Assembly: GCA_900088475.1 (NCBI GenBank)
Contig: FLMG01002021.1
Location: forward strand, 1-43,847
DNA length: 43,847 nucleotides
Reading direction: 5' to 3'
Origin: Hyphochytrium catenoides
Lineage: Eukaryota > Protista > Hyphochytriomycota
Shown piece by piece: positions 35,857-43,847 of this stretch. Both the position numbers and the translations under genes were made by a program. How positions within the stretch are numbered: position 1 is the stretch's first letter; each line of letters opens with the position of its first letter. A model generated the notes under the pieces. It saw nothing but the letters and a program-made list of their open reading frames with translations, searched no databases and was not told the origin of the DNA.

Positions 35857-36643
35857 TGTAGACGTTGGAAGGATGGGTCGACCTCTTGCTTCTTTCATAG
35901 CCCGAACGGTATCCCTGACTACTTCCCTGCTGCCTCCCGTGGCTAACGGGAGTGACGTTTGCCATTGGCAGCAATGGTACCTGTCCAGCCCCAGCTCCAA
36001 ACTCCTTGGATGGAAAAGAAGGGTACCCTGGAACAAGATGGAAGACCGCTCTTGTCATACTCTCGTGCTTACCATCATCTCGTTGCGGGAACAGCTTCCA
36101 TGTATATAAACTTGCAATGGCCATCAGGCCCTGCAGACTGCCAATTGGTGGTACTATTTTGTTCTTTACTAGCTGATAGGACCAACTCGATTTGTATGGA
36201 GCTCATCCTTCACCTGCTCCTGACCACATTAAGAGCCAAAGGGTTGAGGTCATATATTCTCTCTGTTGTGCTACTAATAAGTGGATTGTGTCTTTGTCCT
36301 CTTACGTAAACTTGAGAAGTAGCTGCAGATAGTATTAGGCCACCCTTAGCCTCTGGAGAACTGTCGAACGCCGAAGAAAGGGAGCTGTGTTTAGAAAGGC
36401 AAGACCCCTACCTAGAGACTAATATGGCTCAGCGAAGGGAGCTGATCAAAAGATTTAGCTGTCCCATAACGTTATGCGGAAGAAGAGTGATATGGTAACG
36501 TTTATGAATCAATGAGCGGGAGGAGAGTGCCACGAAGAGAGGCTGTATCTACAGTTGACTTAACATCGCGCTCCAACCAGGGCCGAGATGAAATAGGTCT
36601 ATCCAACCTCAGACTAGCCTGGCTGGTAGGGCCACTGGGAGAA

Positions 36644-39600
36644 CTAACCGAAGGCGAAGCCTTCACTGCCATGTCGAATGGCAAATAACATCTTGGTCTG
36701 GAGACTTTTAAAGGACTCATAGGCAGGTAGAAAGAGGCTGTTGAAGCACGTAAAGGCCCGAGGTAGTGCATCTTTGCGGTCTATACGGTTTATGTTGAAC
36801 TTCTGCTCTCCCGATAAGCCATAGAGATGGGCAAACCCGCCTGCGGGGCGTACAAAAGTGAATAAGGGTCTGCTTAATTCCTCCTTTGGGCTGGGCTACG
36901 AGAGTAAAGCTCTTTACCTGAAGGAACTCTAGAGGAGCCAGTGCAAAACCTCAGTAGGAGGACAGTCTCTTCTTCACCCAAAGTACGGACTAGTTGCCAA
37001 AACCAGACAATGACGTCTGACGTCGGATGATAGCCTATATAAACCGTATTGTTCTCCCAGTCATTTTTATCGATGCGGTCATATCCTGACACCAGCAATG
37101 ATAGCTCTGACTCCGAGAAGAACCGAAGGAAGCGCTCAGGAATCACCTCAAAGAGCCCATTGCCGAACGCCTGCGCGGCATCAGCCCACCTCTTCCGTAG
37201 CTTATGATTCAAGAGGAGGCTGATGTACTCATCCTTATTAGACTCAACGACCTTGTGTGCGGGGCAGCAGAGCATAGTTATCATTATATTCTCTCAATCA
37301 GGGCCACAGAGAGCTCTACCTCAATGTCAGCGCCTCCCTGCTTCAGCTCGTATTCCATGACCTGAGACTTTGAGCCTTCACCGCCTTCCACCTGACAAAT
37401 GTAGTTAGAAGTGTGGAAAGCGGTTAGTGAGTCCATCATCATTATACATAACAGCCTAGCAGATGGCAGGGGTATCTACCTCAGTGACAGTGAACGTAGT
37501 GCCGACACTTGTAGGATCGTTGTCGCGCACCCAAACCAGCCCTTTATGCAGCTCAGGGTCTATAGTCTCCAGCTCGCTAAGAGAAACTGGCCGGTGGAAG
37601 ATAGTTCGGAGGAAAGGAGGTGGCAGATTTAGATTCATTAGCTGCAATAATGTGAAAGAGGAAGGCGCAAAAGCGCGTTAGTAAGTATGATAGCGGCACA
37701 AGGGTCTGATACCAACGGACCGTTTGACGCTTGATTACGCAGCCGACAAGCGTGCCTGCCAAAAAGAAGTCATCGAGCCTCGGTTTGCTTCCCGTAGATT
37801 TGGGATACTGAAACCTCCCACCATCGCTAGCAGGATTAGGGAGGAACAGACCACACTTCTTGGGATCTGCCATATCTACGATGGCAAGCAGGAAAAGGTT
37901 TGGTTTAATCATCCTCCAACGCGGCTGCTAAGCGACACGTACCGCTCGCCAGGAGGCTCGCAAACTCTCTAAAGACTCCCATGCCCATAGCAAACGAGTC
38001 CTTGAAGCAAATTTCCAGGTTCGCGTTCCGCAGATACCTGCTGTACACTGGCCGGTGACGAAAATCGTTCTTGACGGACCACCACACGTCACTGCGGTCC
38101 ACGTTAACCAAAATGCTTCTCTGAGATGGAATGACCTTACTCATAAGCCAGGATCGTCTGTTCTCAAAGTTGATGATCACCTACGACACCACGTCTTTAG
38201 AAGGAAGTGGCAAGCAAAGACACACCGCTAAGCCTTCTGTTTACCTTCCCCTCATCAGACATTAAGGAAGCTAGGGAAGTGTCCAAGAGATACAGTCTGG
38301 TCTTCAGAAAGCCGTTGATAAGGTCATAGTAAGATGGTACAGATGCCAAGCACTGAATAACCTCAACCGCCTAAGAGTTGTCACAGGCGCTTGGTGAGTG
38401 CTACCATCATGCCAAGCTCACCGACTTCCTAGGACTTACTTGAGCTCGGAAAGACGCTTCCTTAGAACCCAATAGCTGCCCGAGAACCCTCATCTGTTCC
38501 TCTTGCCGTTTCTGCAGTAGGGCCACAACGCACTCTTGCTCTTTCTGCAGGGGGCGTCAGTTTGAGACTCTCTCTCTCAAGTAACAGCGGACCTCAACCT
38601 TACAGTGAAGTTAGCGTACAATAGGGGTGGCCAGCCCTTGTCATCCAAAGCTTCCACTGCTGCCCCCGCCGAGACAAGAGCTTCGACCATCATCGTGCTG
38701 CCAACAAGTGCAGCGATATGAAGCGGTGTTCGACGACACTTGTCTGTCTCATGCATTCCTACCAGACATCGACGCACTGAGCGCGTCCTATATATATGCT
38801 CGATACTGACGGGACATTGGTACCTACCTGCAGGCCATAGTTCCAAGAGCACCGCTAACACTTCGTCGTTACCCTCTGTAACGCAAGAATGGTAAACATT
38901 GCCGCCTGACGCCTTATCACAGGCTTCTTCCAGAGTGTTATTGATGGCAGCAAGCGCCCGAAATGTATCGGCGGGTAAAAAGGCAGCGCCCAGCAAGATC
39001 ACATCTTCCGAGGTCTGCGCAACGTATCTTAGGGGCGCATGGGTTACGAGGAAGGTGACAGCTTGGGATGCGCGGCCTTCAGTTACAGGTTTAGAACCGG
39101 ACAGGGAAATGAGAAAAGAAGTGTCAGGGGGCCATAATCCAGCACAATGAAGGATGGATGGTAGTAGTTAGACAACCTCCAAAAGTAAGTCTCGAGATAA
39201 GACTTTATCAAACACGAAGGTTCAAGCCCCATCCAGCCAGTAGGACAAGATTGAGCAAGGAGATATTGACCTTTGATAGCGACATGGAGAAGAGTATCTC
39301 CTGACGTCTCTACTCGCTGATGCAAAGTCTGCGGATGGAGCTCTATAATACGCCTGACCACTTCCATCTGCTCTAGAACGCAGGCTAATTGAAGTGGAGT
39401 GTACTTGTGATTATGGCGTAGCCCGTCGATACTATAATGGGAACCCATGTAGGCAGCTTCAGATATCAGGGTTTCGTCCTCCAGCAAGCTTGACAAGCAA
39501 GCGCCATTGCCAGACAAGACAGCGTGGTGAAGGCAATTCTGACCGTCCGCATCTACGGCATAAACATCAGCGCCCGACTCTATCAAATAGGACGCCACCG

Positions 39601-42093
39601 TTGCTGAGTTGGCTCTTAATGCCTGGTTACCACGGATGCATCAGCTTCAACCTTTACGGTCCGGCAATCTAAGAGTCCGCTCCGTTTACCTGCATCAGCA
39701 AACTGATCGCTCTATCCTCAACAGCCATCCAGGATGGATCAGCGCCTGCATCTTTCAAATCAGAAGGTCTAAGAACCAATAAGAAGTGGAGGATCATCAA
39801 CAAGGGCGGACCTTGGTTAAGCAAGTCCTTGGCGGTCTCAAGCGTCGCCTTTTCTTCACAAAGCGCGTCATAGAGCCTCCTAGACCTTATAGAAATTGAA
39901 AAGTTGAAGAGTCGTGACCCACTTGGTTAGAGGCAGAAGATTACTCCCCGCTAGGAAAGGTAAAATTGCAAACAGCGGCACGAGATACTCAGTTGACTGC
40001 GGTCACTTGAAAGGCGACAAGTATCGTGATCAGAGCCGCCGTGTCTTACTTTAGGTCCACGGGCGCTCGCTTTCTTAGCCTTCTCTTCAGTTGCTGCCCT
40101 CCGCCACAGTCCTCGCACAAGTACTTTCGTGGGACCTCCCGTCTGCTCGCAAACCCCATACACCTCCAATGCTGGTATTTCTGGCACAGCTCTTGCTTAC
40201 ACTGTCACGAGGCTCTTAGAATCCCTTTAGGCAGGACAAGCCGCTAGAGCTCTTGCCTGAATCCAGTACGAACTGCCTCCTAGCTTCTTGGTAGCGCCAC
40301 ATCGACAGCCGACTAGCGTTCCATCCTCTCCTTCCTCTATCGAGTCTTCCTCCCCTTCTTCATCGTCATCATCGCCTTCACTGTCGCTATCCTCGCCAAG
40401 GCCACTGACATGTCTCTTCCCGACGCTAGACAAGAGGATGTAAGGAGCTGCCTTAGAGGTGACAACCAGTACCTCGATACGGTACCTGATGGCTCGAAGG
40501 GCTGCCCCTAACACCTGCTTTCCGCGATAATTTAGCTCTAGAGAGGAGTCCGAAGAGTATTGCGCAGCCCGTAATCTCCGTTGGCTAGAAATGTCTGCTA
40601 CCTCCTCGTTTGACTCGTCGTCAACAAGGAATTCTGACATCGGGCGCTAGAGTATCGTATAAGGACGGGCAGTGGCAAATCCAAACCAAATAGAGAGACG
40701 ATAGAGGGCAGAGGGCATGACCTCAAGAAGTAATAGGGCTGTACGTTAAGAAACAATGAGAGCAAAAGAACAAAAGAGATGTTGGAAGAAGAGCTGATGA
40801 AATCTTTATAAGAAGACGTAAGAGGATGGAAGTCTATCATGGCCGAAAGTGTCAGTGACTACCTCCATGGAGCTTTCAGAGTCCGAGGATGGGCTCGCTG
40901 GTGCTACTGGGGCGACCTGTTCAACGCTTTTGGCCCTTCTCTCAGCTAAACTTTCTCTGGCCCTGGTAAGTCTATCATGCATGTGCTTCTTGCGCTTCTC
41001 CTGTCGTTTTGGCCGTATCAGACAGAAGTAGTACCAAGGTAGGCGTTCTTCGACCGCCTTTCTGAGATTAGTCGCTGACCTGCCTGTTCTGCAACCTCCT
41101 AATGCGGGTCGACCTGCGACGATCTGGGCTGCTCTCTGCACTTGACGCCATATCCTCCTCGTCATCCGAGTTGTTCTCTTCATCACTGTCTCCTTGCTCT
41201 TCATCTTCTTCTTCCACTTCCTCTCCTGCTCGTTCGGTCCTCTGAACCCCTTCCAGCTTCGGATCCTGCACGCGATCTTCCTCAATTTCGCTTTCTTTGT
41301 CTTCCAATCCAAGATTGACTTGTTTGTCTTTCTTCTTTCCATTCTCACAGGCGGAGTCCGAACCCGTAGACTCTACTGACGAATCGACTTCGTCCTGATC
41401 ATCTACCATAATAACCTTCTTGCCCTTAGATGGCGTGAACGCTTCCTCTTCCTCAGATGAGCTGCTAACAATCCTCCTCCTTGCTTTAGTCTCTGTTCTT
41501 GGCTTCTTCCATTGTCTTATTGAGCCAGTTTTTCTAAGTCGCCGTCGGGGAGTGGGCAGTGGAGAGTCTACGAGGCAATCTATTAGTGTGTCTGTTCAGG
41601 TATCTGGCATCATAAGCGGACTACCTTCATCGTCATCATCCTGATCATCGTCCGACTCCTTGCTCTCTTGATCATCCTCGGAGAGGTCAAACGTTTTGTT
41701 CTTCCTACAAGTGGCAGACTTTCTGTTTCCTGGATTATCGTCTACGGCATCATCATCGTCCACTGTCCAAGGAGAGTTAGGACTTCCCTTTGTAACTGAG
41801 CTTCGGGTGGTCATGGCATCCGTTGCGTTGCTTTTGACTGTTGGCTTAGGAGGAGTACCTCGCCGGCCTCCTCGTCTAGTCTTCATAACTTCGCTTCGAC
41901 GAGGCCAGTAGCCGGCATCCCTAGGCCCTAGACGAACGATAACCTTGCCCCGGCACCGCCTCCTGTCCGCCGAGAGCACCAGGTTGAGCACCTTCTCATA
42001 GGAATCACTATCTTCACTATGGCTCTGTCTTCGAAGTCTCTGCCTCCGTCTTCGTGTCCCAATCTTCTCCTCCTCTAAAACTGCAGAGCACAT
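36644..42093 (-). CDS. HECT E3 ubiquitin ligase with ankyrin repeats and a PHD finger (HACE1-like C-terminal half); 5' end uncertain
   Basis: HECT: GVFREF, FSESELSLLVSG, WFWQ, LLRFCTGSSRVP, LPRAFTCFNSLFLPAY, EGFAFG*. Ankyrin: GQNCLHHA, YTPLQLA, GDTLLHVA, RTPLHIAA, GWPPLLYA. PHD about 40320-40105. Long acidic/basic disordered N-terminus. Confidence 0.88.
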
Positions 42094-43699
42094 GCAGGAA
42101 TCATCGTGCTCGGGGCTCTGAAACAGCTTTTCTCGTCATCATCGGCTGCATTCTTGCTTCTCTTCGCATTCTGCCCGCCGCTGTGGCCCGGTAACCCCTA
42201 TCATACAACGGAGCTGTATACCCAGCATATAAGTACGCAAATCATCTCTCCTGACGATGTGCTGGGAAAGGAGAAAGAAGACAGCGAGCCTTGCCCTTGA
42301 CCTGCCCGGCCTTTCACTTCTGTTCCTTACTAGCTCAGGTCCTCTCTCTCTACTCTTTCTTCTCAGCTTGTGCGCAGCTGTGTGCCGGCGATGGCGATGT
42401 CAGGCAGAGGCGGACCCTACCGACATTTGCCATTCTTTGTCTTCACCTTCATATGATCATTGAGAGAGCCGCCGCCCGTAACCTGCTTCAGTTGGTCTCA
42501 GTCTAAGTGTTCTCCGTTGTTCTAGCAGTAGAGGTCCAAGCGCTCTCTGTTCCGCATGGAGGTATTAATTGAGCTAGGAGAAGCAATGGCAGCGCCCCGT
42601 TTGTTTGTCATATTACGCTGTGCGAGACGGCCAAGAAGAAGGTAGATTTCGTAGTGGTGGACGCTACTGCTTCTACCTTAGTGTCCGGACCTCGAAGGGC
42701 AAGATGAGAAGAAAACGTCATGGACACTGAGAAGTTACTTTTCGAGCCTGCTGGGCCTCTGCCAACATCTTTCTTCATGCTCACTGTTCGAACATGAAGG
42801 CGTTTCCTGGCATTGCTTTGAGTCAACATCATGCTTGCTGTCCGAAGAGCAGATGGCGGTCCAACTATAACACAAGGAGGAGGAGTAATTGGTTGGCAGT
42901 TTGAGGGCAACAATAGACGTGGTGTCTAATAGCAGAGAGGAGATTCAGTGCATGGCGTGAGAGTGAACTCTTTCTATTCTGCTCATATTGCGGGCTATGC
43001 CATTCACCGCGTCAGTTTGATGGTGCAAGTAACAACGGGGCTCAAGCAAGTGTCGCATCATCTTCTGAACGGTTCAGGGAGGTCGGCATCGTCATGACTT
43101 TTCACCATATGTGTGGCAGTGCATGCACTCTGGATGCGTTGACGATGCATCATCGTCACTAGCCAGACGCGAGGACGCCTGTGCACAAGTTTAGCATTCC
43201 GAAGACTATTTTCATGCTGGCGCATCATCAACGCAGGGTCCAAGGGAAGGACCTGGCCTCGACCATCCCTCCTCGCTCGTCTCCCTCTTGCAATGCAGAC
43301 GTTCCTGTAGGTACATTCCGTTCGATGTCTGGTCATGTCAGGCCGTCTCTTCCCGATAGAATGGCACCTTCGTTCATCTACCACTATAAGGGATGTCGCT
43401 GCTCTGCCTAAACGATGAAGATAACAATGCCACCAACCCGATAATTCAACCTTCGCGTCTTCAGTCATAACAGCACCCCATGCCGACCCTCGCCACCACC
43501 CTGCTTCGTCGTCGCATACTGCATACCTCCGTAGGACAACACCGCTACTCTTTGCAATGTCGCACTAGCAATTGCATTATAAGAACCGTCTTGGGCTTGA
43601 GGTACACAGACCTCGTCTCTTGCCCTTTTGAAGAAACGTTACGCAGAGTCACGAACAACAAAGTCTCCGGCTGAGCAGCGTTATAGCTGTCACAGACCC

Positions 43700-43847
43700 T
43701 TATCTCTCCCTCTCTGTCTCTCTGTCTCTCTTTTCTCTTGTTTCTCTCACTCTGTCTGTCTCTCTCTGTCTGTCTCTTTATTTCTCTCTCTCTTTCCTCT
43801 TCCTCCTCTCTCTCTCTGTCTTTCTGTCTCCCTCTCTCTCTCTCTCT
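43700..43847. repeat. (CT)n/(CTGT)n-rich simple repeat
   Basis: Directly visible. Confidence 0.9.

Noticed and set aside
42608-43674. ORFs upstream of the HECT gene
   Set aside because: No recognisable domain, and I could not splice them to the HECT gene.
1-43847. CRISPR array, rRNA or prokaryotic operon
   Set aside because: No regularly spaced repeats or rRNA-like sequence; the genes have spliceosomal introns.

Overview
Gene-dense, intron-rich eukaryotic DNA with short GT-AG introns (about 55-300 nt), CTRAC-type branch points, two N-gaps and GA/CT microsatellites. It is probably from a microbial eukaryote, and a stramenopile is a low-confidence guess. Host genes assembled by hand: a Bin3/BCDIN3D-type RNA methyltransferase with an inserted dsRBD, a secreted Cys-rich protein, a 2OG-Fe(II) dioxygenase, a RING-H2 E3 ligase, an apparently membrane-anchored La-motif protein, a cAMP-receptor-like GPCR, a LOG phosphoribohydrolase, MRG15/Eaf3, a C69 peptidase, an APRT-like/PP2C fusion and a PHD-ankyrin-HECT ligase. 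The main discovery is hidden from the ORF track: a tyrosine-recombinase gene of at least 10 exons on the minus strand (10885 to 8112 or further). It looks Crypton-like and is apparently inactivated (R->Q plus one frameshift). It lies about 500 bp from a degenerate tRNA-like sequence and borders a TpA-rich, gene-poor block. All exon models are manual and unverified.
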